64,000 bases of DNA from Deltaproteobacteria bacterium (GTDB taxonomy: Bacteria; JAEEML01). A program made the translations under genes and the position numbers. Positions 8,645 through 18,813 of this stretch are shown piece by piece (within the stretch, counting starts at the first letter, position 1; every line of letters begins with the position of its first letter). The notes under the pieces were generated by a model. The model ran no database searches. It saw nothing but the letters and a program-made list of their open reading frames with translations, and had not been told where the DNA came from. The stretch covers positions 688-64,687 of the forward strand of contig JAEEML010000167.1 in assembly GCA_016283195.1 (NCBI GenBank), read 5' to 3'.

Positions 8645-9832
8645 TTAAGCGCGATTTTTTGGCACTTCGCTAATTACGCCGCCGCCAACAATCACCCCGT
8701 CATTATATAATACTGCAGATTGCCCGGGGGCGATGGCCCGCTGCGGCTCTTTGAAGGTGATTTTCCAGGCAGTGCCTTTGTATTTAGCGGCTTCCTCCGG
8801 TGTGGCCGGAGTGTAGCGCTCCACTAGGGCGGCAGCCGGGCGGCTGGCTAGGCGGATTTTTACCATAGCCTCAAAGCTGCCATTGGGTTCCACACCACCG
8901 GGCCAGACAAAATCATCGGCAATGAGTTCCGGAGAATTCAGGGCCTCACTTGGAGCCAGGACGATGACGTTATTTTTGGCATCTATGGAGTGTACATAAA
9001 CGGGGTAACGCACCGCTACACCCAGGCCGCGCCGCTGCCCGATAGTGTAATGCTCTATGCCGCGATGATGCCCCAAAACATGGCCGTCGAGGTCGATAAT
9101 ATCTCCGGGGACGGAAGGGCGATCGGCAAAGAGTAAATCAAAATATTCTTCGCCGATGAAATCCTGGCTTTCTTCGCGATCGGCGGCTTCAAGGCCGGCT
9201 TCGCGGGCCAGAGCAATAACCTCTTCCTTTTTCATTGTGGCCAGGGGAAAGCGCACTTTTTGGAGTGTGGCAGATGGAATACGGTAAAGAAAATAGGTTT
9301 GATCTTTGGAAACATCGGCTGCTCCGGCAACCATGCAAGGGCGAATATCACTACCAAAAAGCCCGCTACTCGGGCGGACAATTTTGGCATAATGGCCGGT
9401 GCAAAAATAATCATAATTAATGCCAAGATTATTTAGCCCGTTAAGCAGTGCGCCGAATTTTATGAGCATATTGCAGCGAATACAGGGATTCGGCGTGCGG
9501 CCGTTCCTATATTCAGTTTTAAAATATTCAAGAATATCGCGCTTATATGCCTCTTTGACGTCTATCACATGATATTCTATATTGTGTTCCGTACAAAACT
9601 TTTCACAAGCGGCGATATTTTCTTCTTCACCGGGCCCAAAGCAGGATTCGCGCGTCTTCTTGGTATTTTTGAGCTCCGGCAGGCTGCCATCCCAGAGAGC
9701 CATGGTGGCGCCGATAACCCGGCAACCTTTTTTGGCCAGCATTAAGGCAGTGAGCGTGGAATCAACGCCACCGGACATTCCCACAACCACAGTTTCACCG
9801 GCTTCCGGCATTCTTTCTATTTCATAATTCAT
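8645..9832 (-). CDS. mnmA: tRNA-specific 2-thiouridylase MnmA
   Basis: PP-loop VVVGMSGGVDSTLTA and conserved Cys residues. 395 aa. Confidence 0.85.
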   Translation of the reverse strand: MNYEIERMPEAGETVVVGMSGGVDSTLTALMLAKKGCRVIGATMALWDGSLPELKNTKKTRESCFGPGEEENIAACEKFCTEHNIEYHVIDVKEAYKRDILEYFKTEYRNGRTPNPCIRCNMLIKFGALLNGLNNLGINYDYFCTGHYAKIVRPSSGLFGSDIRPCMVAGAADVSKDQTYFLYRIPSATLQKVRFPLATMKKEEVIALAREAGLEAADREESQDFIGEEYFDLLFADRPSVPGDIIDLDGHVLGHHRGIEHYTIGQRRGLGVAVRYPVYVHSIDAKNNVIVLAPSEALNSPELIADDFVWPGGVEPNGSFEAMVKIRLASRPAAALVERYTPATPEEAAKYKGTAWKITFKEPQRAIAPGQSAVLYNDGVIVGGGVISEVPKNRA

Positions 9833-10031
9833 GGGCTTTTTCCGCCTCCTCGCGGCGACTTATAGCTGATTTTTGGTAGAGAGAAAAGCCGATAAGTGGC
9901 TAAAGTGACGGAAAAGAGTGCGAAAAGCGATTTTCCCTCTTGCCAGAAGTGTTGCTATGTGTTAAAAAATTGGCCGTAAGTTTAACAAACTCCATTGTTA
10001 CTTAACATTATTAAAAATTAGGAGATACAAA

Positions 10032-10235
10032 ATGCCAAACTTAAAAGAAGTACAAGCAATGGGAAAAAAATTGGGAATCAGCAAAGTGGTTGGGGTGAAA
10101 AAAGCCGACCTCATCCGCAAAGTGCAAGAGGCAGAAGGTAACTTTCCCTGCTTCCAATGCGAAGGTGCCAAAGATAACTGTGATGAAGAAGGTTGTCTCT
10201 GGCGCAGCGAATGTGTTGCCGACGAAGAGAAGTAA
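10032..10235 (+). CDS. Small protein with Rho-N/SAP-like N-terminal domain and Cys-rich C-terminus
   Basis: LKEVQAMGKKLGISKVVGVKKADLIRKVQEAEG resembles the Rho termination factor N-terminal motif. CFQCEGAKDNCDEEGCLWRSEC is a five-Cys tail. Confidence 0.4.
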   Translation: MPNLKEVQAMGKKLGISKVVGVKKADLIRKVQEAEGNFPCFQCEGAKDNCDEEGCLWRSECVADEEK

Positions 10236-10236
10236 T

Positions 10237-10989
10237 TTATTCCGCTTTTCTAAGGTGTCGGCAGTCACCGCTGCTGAATGAACGTACCTCTCCCGCATTT
10301 GTTTTCACCACCAGGCTAAAATTATCATCAATAGTTTTGGCCTCGCCGGTGATTTCTTCATCTCCGCACATAAAGCTGACATTTTGGCCAATAGTAGCCG
10401 AGAGGGCGAGGTAGCGCTCCCTAAGCAGGGGAGCGTTGCTCTTGTGGGGGAGATTTTGGGCTAAATAGTGGCAAAAATTATAGCGAAAGTCATTAATATC
10501 AAGATATTTACCTAAGAGCCGTTGCAGTGAAGTGGCTTTGTAGCGCACCGGGCCTAGCGGCTCGCGGTTGATATTTATGCCAATACCCAAAAGTGCGTAA
10601 GGCAGCTCATTTTTGTATGTCAGCTCACCAATCATGCCGGAAAGCTTTTGCTCATTTACCACAATATCATTGGGCCATTTAAGCTTTATATCCAGATTAT
10701 AGGCAGCACTTAAATAAAGAGCCGTAAGCACGGCCAGTTCAATGAGGCTGAGAGGCGCCAGATCGTTATATTGCCAGGCTGCAGTTAAATAGAGGTTGCC
10801 TTCGGGGCTTTCCCAAGTGTGCTCACTGCGCCCATGGCCAAGTTTTTGCGTGGCGGCGGTGACAATAAAAGAGCCGGCGGTATTATTTAATAACTCGCGA
10901 GCTCTTGTTTGTGTGGAATCAAGCTCATGGTAATGAAACCAGCATACGGCACCGAGTTCGGTGATGATGGCTTTGGGAGCGCTATTCAT
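10237..10989 (-). CDS. birA: Biotin--[acetyl-CoA-carboxylase] ligase (BirA catalytic domain, no HTH)
   Basis: BPL/LplA fold motifs (…KWPNDIVVNEQKLSGMIGE…). 250 aa. An 8-nt overlap with ispF suggests an operon. Confidence 0.7.
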   Translation of the reverse strand: MNSAPKAIITELGAVCWFHYHELDSTQTRARELLNNTAGSFIVTAATQKLGHGRSEHTWESPEGNLYLTAAWQYNDLAPLSLIELAVLTALYLSAAYNLDIKLKWPNDIVVNEQKLSGMIGELTYKNELPYALLGIGININREPLGPVRYKATSLQRLLGKYLDINDFRYNFCHYLAQNLPHKSNAPLLRERYLALSATIGQNVSFMCGDEEITGEAKTIDDNFSLVVKTNAGEVRSFSSGDCRHLRKAE

Positions 10990-11476
10990 GGCAGTCCTTA
11001 GTGAGTAAAACCACGGCCTCGGCGGCTATGCCTTCCATGCGCCCCAAATAGCCTAGGCCCTCGTTGGTTTTGGCTTTGACATTAACCTGATTAGCGGCAA
11101 TATTCAGCACCTTAGCGATATTTTGGCTCATGGCTGCTTTATAAGGTGAGAGCTTGGGCTTCTCCGCAGTGATGACTATATCTATATTGCCGATTTCGTA
11201 GCCCATAGCCCGCAATTTGTCCCAGGTTATTTGCAGTAACTTGATGGAATTGGCATCTTTATAGGCCGGGTCGCTATCAGGAAACCATTCGCCGATATCG
11301 CCGGCCGCCGCTGCGCCAATTAGTGCATCTATTAGGGCATGCGTGGCCACATCGGCATCGCTATGACCAAGAAGACCAACCTTTGAAGGAATTTTAATGC
11401 CCAGTAAGATTAAATCGCGCCCGGGTACCAGGCGGTGCAAGTCGCTACCCAGACCAACGCGGGGAATAATGCTCAT
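10982..11476 (-). CDS. ispF: 2-C-methyl-D-erythritol 2,4-cyclodiphosphate synthase
   Basis: RVGLGSDLHRL…GHSDADVATHALIDALIGA is the canonical IspF metal-binding motif. 164 aa. Confidence 0.9.
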   Translation of the reverse strand: MSIIPRVGLGSDLHRLVPGRDLILLGIKIPSKVGLLGHSDADVATHALIDALIGAAAAGDIGEWFPDSDPAYKDANSIKLLQITWDKLRAMGYEIGNIDIVITAEKPKLSPYKAAMSQNIAKVLNIAANQVNVKAKTNEGLGYLGRMEGIAAEAVVLLTKDCHE

Positions 11477-13635
11477 CAGTTATCCTCGTCTTTTAGCAAA
11501 AAAGCGCGGTGAATGTCTTTATGACGCCGAAAGTCAAAGGGCACGGTTTCGGCAGAAATCTCTCTAACACTTAGCCCCAAAGCTTTGACCTCCGCCTCAT
11601 TAAAAGAAAAACCTTTGTAATTACAAGAAAAAATAATTGTCCCGCCGGGTGCCAGGTGGTTATAGGCTTTGGTGATAAGAGTTACATGGTCGCGCTCCAC
11701 ATCAAAAGTTGTCTCGCGGCTTTTGGAGTTGGAAAAAGTGGGAGCGTCTATCAGGATAACATCGGCGATAGTTTTATCTTCATCCAGCCAGCTCATCACA
11801 TCGGCGCGAATTAGTTCATGATGCTTTGGGTCAATGAGATTGAGATTTAAATTTTTACGCGCCCAGCGCAGATAAGTTGCCGAAGTATCAACAGAAACAG
11901 AATGTTTAGCCCCAGAGAGAGCCGCCATGACGGTGGCCGAGGCAGTGTAACAAAAGAGGTTGATAAAGCGGCGGCCGGCGGCCAGCTCGCGCACTTTGCG
12001 GCGCACCAGGCGATGGTCCAAAAAGATACCTGTATCGAGATAGTCGTCAAAATTTACTAATAATTTTGCTGGGCTTTCATAGATTTGCACATAATTTTCC
12101 GCTTCTCCGTGCCGTTCTTTTAACCCGGCCGCACCGCCGCGCACTTTGCGCCTTTTCTTTATGTGAATGTGGGCTTCATCCAAAGAGGTTGCCTCTTTGA
12201 GAGCGGCAATGAGCTCATTAAAACGGCGCTCGGCGGCTTTTTCGTCCACGCTTTTAGGCGCGGCGTATTCCCAAACAACAGCGTCTTTTTCCTCGTAATA
12301 ATCTATGGCGGCGGCGTATTCCGGCATATCAGCATCATATAGGCGATAAGAAGTAACGCCTTCTTTTTGGCTCCAGCGCTTGAGTTCTTTAAGATTTTTG
12401 CTTAATCTGTTGGCCACCATTTCTGCGCCTTTGGTGAGCGCTTTGGGCGCTGTTCCCAGACTGTGGCGTTCCTTGGCCTCCTGCCGGCCGCCGGCTAAAA
12501 AGTGCAGCAGCAGACAGGGATTGGGGCCGTTATAGAGGCGATTTTTCTTGCTGGCGCTAATGCCGATGGCATGGCCAAGCTCTTCTTCTTCGGTGATTAT
12601 CGCCCCATTCCAATTTGGCCGTTTGGTGAGCAAAAGACCAATATTTTTATATAATTCCCTAAGATTAATATCGCGGCCCAAGCGGCGGCCGTAGGGCGGG
12701 TTAGTGGCCATGAGAGCCAATTCGTTGGCATATAAGTTTTTAGCCAATACTTTTTCCAGCGGAATAGCGGCAAAACTTATAGCTTCTCCAAGAGAAAGGA
12801 TGGCTGCACTTTTTTTGGCCATGAGAATGGCTTTTTCGTCACTATCGGAGCCAAACAGCTTTATTTTCAGCTCTTTTTGCTCACCATGCGCGGCGGCTTT
12901 CAGCTCTTCCCACCATTTTAAATCGGCTTTTTTCCAATCTCTAAAGCCAATATTTGGGCGATAGAGCCCCGGAGCGATATTGGCGGCCATCATAGCCGCT
13001 TCAAAGACTAAAGTGCCGCCGCCGCAGAGCGGATCGACAAAATTATAGCCTTTTTCCGCCAAAGTAGGCCAGGCGGCACGCAGCAATATAGCCGCCGCCA
13101 GATTTTCTTTGAGCGGCGCTTCGTGTTGTCCCGCGCGCAAACCGCGCCGGTGCAGTGAGCCTGCCGAGAGGTCAATGCTTATAGTCATATTTTCGTGGCC
13201 CAAGTGGAGATGCAGGGCCAGGCCGGGATTATCGCGGTCAATACTGGGGCGGCTGCCGGTCACCTCCTGCAAGCGATCGACTATGGCATCTTTTAAGCGA
13301 TAAAGAGCATATTGTGTGTGTTCTATTTTTGATTTGTGCTCGCTGACCGAAATAGCAAAAGTGGCCTTGGCATCGAGATGATTTTCCCAGGGAAAAGCCC
13401 TGGCGGCGGCATAGAGGTCATCGGTTGTTACCGCCGCAAATTTATATAGCTCCCAAAGCAGGCGACTGGGCGTCCTCAGCCAGAGCAGCGCTTTTAGAGC
13501 TTCTTCCCAACTGGCTGTGAATGAGATACCGGCCTGAGTAACTTTACTGTTTAAAATTCCAAGATTTTTTAACTCGGCGGCCGCCAAATCTTCCATGCCG
13601 ATTCCGGTGGCTGCAAAACAATTAGCACTATCCAT
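11476..13635 (-). CDS. rlmL: Bifunctional 23S rRNA (G2445-N2 / G2069-N7) methyltransferase RlmKL
   Basis: 719 aa. N-terminal THUMP-like region, NPPYG motif, and a C-terminal second MTase (…DYLDTGIFLDHR…IDAPTFSNSK…). Collinear with E. coli RlmL/YcbY. Confidence 0.8.
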   Translation of the reverse strand: MDSANCFAATGIGMEDLAAAELKNLGILNSKVTQAGISFTASWEEALKALLWLRTPSRLLWELYKFAAVTTDDLYAAARAFPWENHLDAKATFAISVSEHKSKIEHTQYALYRLKDAIVDRLQEVTGSRPSIDRDNPGLALHLHLGHENMTISIDLSAGSLHRRGLRAGQHEAPLKENLAAAILLRAAWPTLAEKGYNFVDPLCGGGTLVFEAAMMAANIAPGLYRPNIGFRDWKKADLKWWEELKAAAHGEQKELKIKLFGSDSDEKAILMAKKSAAILSLGEAISFAAIPLEKVLAKNLYANELALMATNPPYGRRLGRDINLRELYKNIGLLLTKRPNWNGAIITEEEELGHAIGISASKKNRLYNGPNPCLLLHFLAGGRQEAKERHSLGTAPKALTKGAEMVANRLSKNLKELKRWSQKEGVTSYRLYDADMPEYAAAIDYYEEKDAVVWEYAAPKSVDEKAAERRFNELIAALKEATSLDEAHIHIKKRRKVRGGAAGLKERHGEAENYVQIYESPAKLLVNFDDYLDTGIFLDHRLVRRKVRELAAGRRFINLFCYTASATVMAALSGAKHSVSVDTSATYLRWARKNLNLNLIDPKHHELIRADVMSWLDEDKTIADVILIDAPTFSNSKSRETTFDVERDHVTLITKAYNHLAPGGTIIFSCNYKGFSFNEAEVKALGLSVREISAETVPFDFRRHKDIHRAFLLKDEDN

Positions 13636-13900
13636 AAATCACCTTACTATTTGCCCAATAATAGACAGCAGGGCAGGGGGACTATATTTAATACCGCAGA
13701 GAAAAGGAAGTATCTTAAAATAACTGCTTGACATTTTTTTGATTATCATGCATACTGCGCACGCTTTTGGCAGGCGGCCGGGTGGCTAGCCGGTTAAAAA
13801 TCGAAAATATGTCAAAAAGCATCTTGACAAGTAAGGTGCTTTCCGCTAAGAGCAACCGAGTTATTTAGGGCCAGTAGCGATCTGGCGAAAAGGTGAAGTA

Positions 13901-14323
13901 ATGAAAACAGAGTTCCGTAAAGAAGAGAATCCTCGCTGGTATCTGATTGACGCTCAGGATATGGTTCTTGGTCGCCTGGCAACAGAAGTTGTAAAGATCT
14001 TAAGAGGAAAGAACAAAGCCAGTTATTCTCCCAGCATGGATAATGGTGATTTTGTCGTCGTTATCAATGCGAGCAAAGTCCGCCTGACTGGCCGGAAATT
14101 AACCAAGAAAATGTATTACACCCACAGCGGTTACCTTGGCCACCAAAAAGCCATTCCCGCCGGTGTGCAACTTGCCCAGCATCCGGAGCGCCTCATCGAA
14201 GAGGCCGTTAAGGGTATGTTGCCCAAGACAACACTCAGCCGCCAGGTATTCAGCAAACTGAAAGTATATGGCACTGCTGAGCATCCCCATTCCGCTCAAA
14301 AACCGGAACTTATTAAATTATAA
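13901..14323 (+). CDS. rplM: 50S ribosomal protein L13
   Basis: [25 protein letters not shown] is the L13 signature. 140 aa. Confidence 0.95.
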   Translation: MKTEFRKEENPRWYLIDAQDMVLGRLATEVVKILRGKNKASYSPSMDNGDFVVVINASKVRLTGRKLTKKMYYTHSGYLGHQKAIPAGVQLAQHPERLIEEAVKGMLPKTTLSRQVFSKLKVYGTAEHPHSAQKPELIKL

Positions 14324-14352
14324 TAACTTATATTAGGCTGGAGGGAAAAATA

Positions 14353-14748
14353 ATGGCCGAAGATAAGAAATGGTATGGTACTGGCCGCCGCAAAGAGGCT
14401 ATTGCCCGTGTTTGGTTGCTTCCTGGTGAAGGCACCGTTACTATTAATAACCGCCCGGTGGACAACTACTTTGGGCGTGAAACCTCGAAAATGATCATGA
14501 TGCAACCCTTGGAGCTCACCGAAAAGACCGGCAAAGTTGATATTAAAGTCAATGTTTGCGGTGGCGGTCTCTCTGGCCAAGCCGGTGCTATCCGTCATGG
14601 TATTTCCAGAGCTCTTTGCGAGATGGATCCGGAACTCCGCAGCACTCTTAAACGGGCCGGTTTCTTAACTCGCGATGCGCGTGAAGTTGAACGTAAAAAA
14701 TATGGCCGCCGTGGTGCGCGCCGTCGCTTCCAATACAGCAAGCGTTAA
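14353..14748 (+). CDS. rpsI: 30S ribosomal protein S9
   Basis: C-terminal …[11 protein letters not shown]. 131 aa. SD GGAGGG. Confidence 0.95.
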   Translation: MAEDKKWYGTGRRKEAIARVWLLPGEGTVTINNRPVDNYFGRETSKMIMMQPLELTEKTGKVDIKVNVCGGGLSGQAGAIRHGISRALCEMDPELRSTLKRAGFLTRDAREVERKKYGRRGARRRFQYSKR

Positions 14749-14777
14749 TCTTTTTTTGCGCATATATATCTTTACGA

Positions 14778-14816
14778 AAAGAGGCGCGGAGCGAAAGTTC
14801 TGCGCCTCTTTTTTTG
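14778..14816 (+). terminator. Rho-independent terminator after rpsI
   Basis: GC-rich stem AAGAGGCGC…GCGCCTCTT followed by a TTTTTTT run. Confidence 0.75.
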
Positions 14817-14830
14817 CCAGTGAGCACAAA

Positions 14831-15682
14831 ATGCAGCGCATAAAGTTAAAAGCTGGATTGTTGGCAACTTTGGGGCTTTTTCCTTTTTTGTTTTTCCCTT
14901 CTCAGCGTGCTTTAGCCAAACCGCCAAGCGGTAGAGGTGAAATTTTAAATTTTTTGCAGCAAAATTACGGTGATAGCTATACCAGGATGATAGCTGCAGC
15001 CAGGCTTGGCAAAATTACTGCTGTGCACATAAGGATTTACAAAGAAGAGCGCGAGCTTGAAGTTTGGGCCGGAGAAAAAGGTGACAAACTGGTTCGCTTG
15101 GCCACTTTCCCGATTTGTGCTATGGATTTTGCTCCGGGGCCCAAGCTGCGCCAGGGAGATGAGCGCACACCGGAAGGGCTATACACGCTCTATCCGCGTT
15201 TTAGCTCCAATAATTGGTATATGCGCATACCTATTGCTCCCGATATGTTAGAACGCGATTTAGATACTCTTGGCGCCGATGATTATTTTAATAAAGGCTC
15301 GGTCTTTTTTTATTGCACTGATTACCCAAGTGCCGAAGATCGCCAAAGAAGCAAGAGCATTAATATAAAAAATCCCGGGAGTTCTATTTGTTTGCATGGC
15401 AATTGTGTTACAGCCGGTTGTCCCAGTATGCAAAATCCTGATTTTGCAACTATTTTCTATTTTCTTTCCCAGCATGATGTTAAGCGCTACGGCGCTCCGA
15501 AGGTTTTTATGGCCCCGTTTCGCTTTAAGCCGGAAACAAATTTGGCTGCTAAAGCCGAAAAAGCCGCTCAGTATAACGAAGATACCAAACGCCTGGGGAG
15601 TGCCCGCATAGAAGCATTTTGGCAAAAATTAAAGCAGAGCGAAGAAAAATTTCTGGCAAGTCCCAGTCTTGCGGCACTTTAA
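14831..15682 (+). CDS. Secreted L,D-transpeptidase-like (YkuD/YafK-like) domain protein
   Basis: Signal peptide MQRIKLKAGLLATLGLFPFLFF. H-G-x5-G-C motif (ICLHGNCVTAGCPSM). The track ORF start at 14675 overlaps rpsI, so the internal ATG at 14831 downstream of the terminator is preferred. Confidence 0.4.
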   Translation: MQRIKLKAGLLATLGLFPFLFFPSQRALAKPPSGRGEILNFLQQNYGDSYTRMIAAARLGKITAVHIRIYKEERELEVWAGEKGDKLVRLATFPICAMDFAPGPKLRQGDERTPEGLYTLYPRFSSNNWYMRIPIAPDMLERDLDTLGADDYFNKGSVFFYCTDYPSAEDRQRSKSINIKNPGSSICLHGNCVTAGCPSMQNPDFATIFYFLSQHDVKRYGAPKVFMAPFRFKPETNLAAKAEKAAQYNEDTKRLGSARIEAFWQKLKQSEEKFLASPSLAAL

Positions 15683-16269
15683 GACTTTGGTTTTATCAAT
15701 TTGGCGGCTATCTTTTTGGCCGCAAAGATGCCCAGATAGATAGAAACGCAGCCTAGAAATGCCCCGCTAATTACGTCGGTAGGAAAGTGGGCCGCCAGGT
15801 AGATGCGGGAAATAGCCACCAGTAAAGCTACAATATAGGCCGGAATTGCCAGCTGCGGGCGAAAGTAAGCCAAAATCGAAGTAATGGCAAAGATGGTAAA
15901 AGTGTGCCCTGAGGGCAGCGAATTTTTAGTGAGGAGTTCATTTACCAGGCGCACCGGTTCGCCCAAAAAATCGGCCGTAGCCGGTCGCGGGCGGGCCAGC
16001 CCATATTTTAATGAAGCGCAAACCAAAGAGCCGACAGCCAGCCCGGAAAATGCACCTATATAGCTAATTTTATTTTCTTTTATAAAAGTGTGACGCAAGA
16101 GGAAGAGCGTGACTATTCCACTAGCCCAGCCGTTGCCCAGCTCGGTTATGACTACCATTAAATAATCCAGCCAGGGGGTGGCTATTTGGTGATTAAAAAA
16201 GTTAAAACCCAGAGCATCAAAACTTTGTAATATGGGCATTGTCAGCCTGCCCCGACTTTGGCATACCAA
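15679..16269 (-). CDS. PAP2-family membrane phosphatase (undecaprenyl-diphosphatase/PgpB-like)
   Basis: KxxxxxxRP (LARPRPA), PSGH and SRIYLAAHFPTDV motifs. Confidence 0.8.
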   Translation of the reverse strand: MVCQSRGRLTMPILQSFDALGFNFFNHQIATPWLDYLMVVITELGNGWASGIVTLFLLRHTFIKENKISYIGAFSGLAVGSLVCASLKYGLARPRPATADFLGEPVRLVNELLTKNSLPSGHTFTIFAITSILAYFRPQLAIPAYIVALLVAISRIYLAAHFPTDVISGAFLGCVSIYLGIFAAKKIAAKLIKPKS

Positions 16270-16523
16270 ATAGCCCAGCCCAAAATTCCCAGCGCCCCCA
16301 GGGCTAATAAAATGGCCACCAAGCGGATAAAGAAATCGCTCTCGAAAAAGCCGCTATTATCATCGTAAGGATCAATGCAATCATCATTATCGTAGGAAGA
16401 GTGGGGATTGTCCTGCTGAGGGATAAAAGGTGGCGGATCCGGCCTATAAGTCTGCCTGACCAGCCCGGCTACTTTATCGCGCGTGGCGATGATAATTTCT
16501 TCTTCGCTTGGCACTTCTTCCAT
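16242..16523 (-). CDS. Small hypothetical protein with C-terminal TM helix
   Basis: 93 aa, acidic N-terminal part, hydrophobic C-terminus. Overlaps both neighbours and sits in an apparent operon with the GT39-like gene. Confidence 0.3.
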   Translation of the reverse strand: MEEVPSEEEIIIATRDKVAGLVRQTYRPDPPPFIPQQDNPHSSYDNDDCIDPYDDNSGFFESDFFIRLVAILLALGALGILGWAIWYAKVGAG

Positions 16524-18331
16524 TATTGAGCTGCCGGGCGGCGCCGATAAATCATAAAGGTACCGCCATAACGTTCTTTTACCTGTTTCTCCAGAATAAA
16601 TTTCTCTTTAGCCCAGTTTACAAAATCATTTACGCGGAAAAATCCCGTTTGATGTCGCGGTACCAAATAGACAAGTTCCGGCCGGTCGATTTGTTTAATG
16701 GTGTCTCTGGCGCTTGTAACGTTAGATTTAAAGCGCATAATATTGGTATCGCCAAAGTCATCTATGATGCGGCGCTCGGCCAATAGGGCGATGAGTGGCA
16801 AACTGGTGGAATCACCAAAAAGACGGTCCTCCGGCTTGGTGCGCTCTTTTATATAGCGAGCCACATCATATACTTCGTCAATAAAGAAGGTCTCATGCCA
16901 GAGCAGTCTGGTTACCGGGTTGTAAGTTATTCCCGGCTCAGCTATATCATACCAGGCCACCTTGCGCATAAAATTATTGAGACTTTGGCTATAATAAGGA
17001 GCATTATACCAGGTATAGCGCTGCGGGCGCTTGGAAGCGTGGCGCACTCTAAAATTATCGCCGTAAGTATCGCGCAGACAATAGGCGCTAAAAATGGCTA
17101 TAATAATTACGCCGGCGGTAATCATGCGGCTAGTGCGCACAGGTGAAGGGGTAGAGTTTAAGCGCCAGAGACGCAACTGGTAAATAAATTCTTCAATGAT
17201 AAAGGCTCCAAGCCAGGCCATGGAAGAAAAGACCAGCAGGTAGTAGAAGGGAAAAACGCGCTTTAAATTAAAATAAAAAGTTAAATACATGAGCACCATG
17301 GCCAAAGCATAAATACCGCGCACGCGATGCGGTGAAGCTTTGGCCCATTCGCGGATAGAGCCTATAAACGAACTGGCAGTAAAATGAGACTGGCTGAAAA
17401 GGCGATATAAAATAGTGGCGATGATAAAGAGCCCGCCGGCCCACATGGCGAGAGCTAATAAGTTATTGTCATAATTTATTTCTAAAAAGCGCTTCCAGGA
17501 TTCGCCGCCCTGTTCCGGTTTAATAACATGGTAGCGGAATTGCATATTGAGATAATTAGCCGGGCCGGCCAAAATCATGCCGGTAATAGTGACTAAAGAG
17601 TAGGGAATGGCGAGGCCGGCCAAATAGCGCCAGGTGGCTTTTTTGCCGCGCCCAAGAGCTACCCACAAAAGGCCCAGGCCGCCGGCAGGCATGAGGTAAG
17701 TGCCGCAAAGAGCGCCCAGCGACAGGAGTGCGCCGCCCAGGGCATTTTTATATTTCCAAATTGCCCACATTCCGGGCACTAAAAACATAATAGTACAATT
17801 TATGCCGGTAAAATGAGCCGAAGCTCTAAGAGCATCATAGGCAAAAACATATAAAATCATGCCGATAATGCTGGCAATACGCCCATGACCGGTGCGTAGC
17901 AGACGGTGGAAGAAAAGAGCGCTGATGACAAAAGCTATCCAAGGTACCATTTTGGCTGTTTCAACCTGAAAACCAAAAAGGGCAATCCAGGCAGCCATAA
18001 TGAGCACATGTAGCGGAGGATGGGCAAAAAAGTAATCTCTATAGGGAATTGCGCCGTGGTCAACCATGGCCCAACCCATATAAAAATAGATATTTTCATC
18101 TGAAGAGGCGGCACGCATTCCATAGAATTTTAAGAGGGCATAAAAGAAGAGAACGGCAATAACCGGCAGCCATTCTATGAGGGCGGTGAGCACTTTGCCC
18201 CAGATACCGAGTTGCGCCAGTTTTTCATCTAAAATAGTGGAAGAGAGGGGCAAAACAGGTTCTTTAAAAACAGTGGCCGAAAGGCTCATGCCCTCTTCGG
18301 TCTGTTTACTCTTTTTATGTGAGCGGGCCAT
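16523..18331 (-). CDS. Polytopic membrane glycosyltransferase, GT39/GT83 (PMT/ArnT-like) family
   Basis: 602 aa. The N-terminal 12-TM region shows the YFYMGWAMVDHG…YFFAHPPL pattern typical of the PMT_2/ArnT fold. Large C-terminal soluble domain. Confidence 0.55.
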   Translation of the reverse strand: MARSHKKSKQTEEGMSLSATVFKEPVLPLSSTILDEKLAQLGIWGKVLTALIEWLPVIAVLFFYALLKFYGMRAASSDENIYFYMGWAMVDHGAIPYRDYFFAHPPLHVLIMAAWIALFGFQVETAKMVPWIAFVISALFFHRLLRTGHGRIASIIGMILYVFAYDALRASAHFTGINCTIMFLVPGMWAIWKYKNALGGALLSLGALCGTYLMPAGGLGLLWVALGRGKKATWRYLAGLAIPYSLVTITGMILAGPANYLNMQFRYHVIKPEQGGESWKRFLEINYDNNLLALAMWAGGLFIIATILYRLFSQSHFTASSFIGSIREWAKASPHRVRGIYALAMVLMYLTFYFNLKRVFPFYYLLVFSSMAWLGAFIIEEFIYQLRLWRLNSTPSPVRTSRMITAGVIIIAIFSAYCLRDTYGDNFRVRHASKRPQRYTWYNAPYYSQSLNNFMRKVAWYDIAEPGITYNPVTRLLWHETFFIDEVYDVARYIKERTKPEDRLFGDSTSLPLIALLAERRIIDDFGDTNIMRFKSNVTSARDTIKQIDRPELVYLVPRHQTGFFRVNDFVNWAKEKFILEKQVKERYGGTFMIYRRRPAAQ

Positions 18332-18365
18332 ATAAAACCTCTATAAAAACAATGAAATACAATAT

Positions 18366-18809
18366 TTATAACTTTTCTAATTCGGCAATTTTGGCAACGC
18401 GTTTTTCATGGCGACCGCCGGCAAAAGCGGTATCCAAAAAAGCTTTTACACATTCCCAGGCCATGTCGGGCCCGGTGAGGCGGGCTCCCAAACAAATAAC
18501 ATTGGCATTATTATGCAGGCGCGAAAGGGAGGCGGCATAAGGATCTGAGACAAGCGCAGCTCTTATACCATTAATTTTATTAGCACTTATGGAAATACCA
18601 ATGCCGCTGCCGCAAACCAAAAGGCCCAAAGAATCCGGCTCTTTGGCCACAGCTTCGCCGACTGCTTGGGCAAAATCGGGATAATCACACGAATCCTTGG
18701 AGTAAGTGCCTTTATCGCTTACTTCGAGGCCGCGCTCACTCTTTAAGAGCTCCATTAAATGATTTTTAAGTTCAAAACCGGCATGATCACTACCACAATA
18801 AATACGCAT
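18366..18809 (-). CDS. rpiB: Ribose-5-phosphate isomerase B
   Basis: MRIYCGSDHAGFELK…LVCGSGIGISISANK. Confidence 0.9.
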   Translation of the reverse strand: MRIYCGSDHAGFELKNHLMELLKSERGLEVSDKGTYSKDSCDYPDFAQAVGEAVAKEPDSLGLLVCGSGIGISISANKINGIRAALVSDPYAASLSRLHNNANVICLGARLTGPDMAWECVKAFLDTAFAGGRHEKRVAKIAELEKL

Positions 18810-18813
18810 AATA

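Noticed and set aside
14675-14830. Upstream extension of the L,D-transpeptidase-like ORF overlapping rpsI and its terminator
   Set aside because: The extension would run through the rpsI stop and the intrinsic terminator hairpin. The internal ATG at 14831 gives a protein that begins with a signal peptide.
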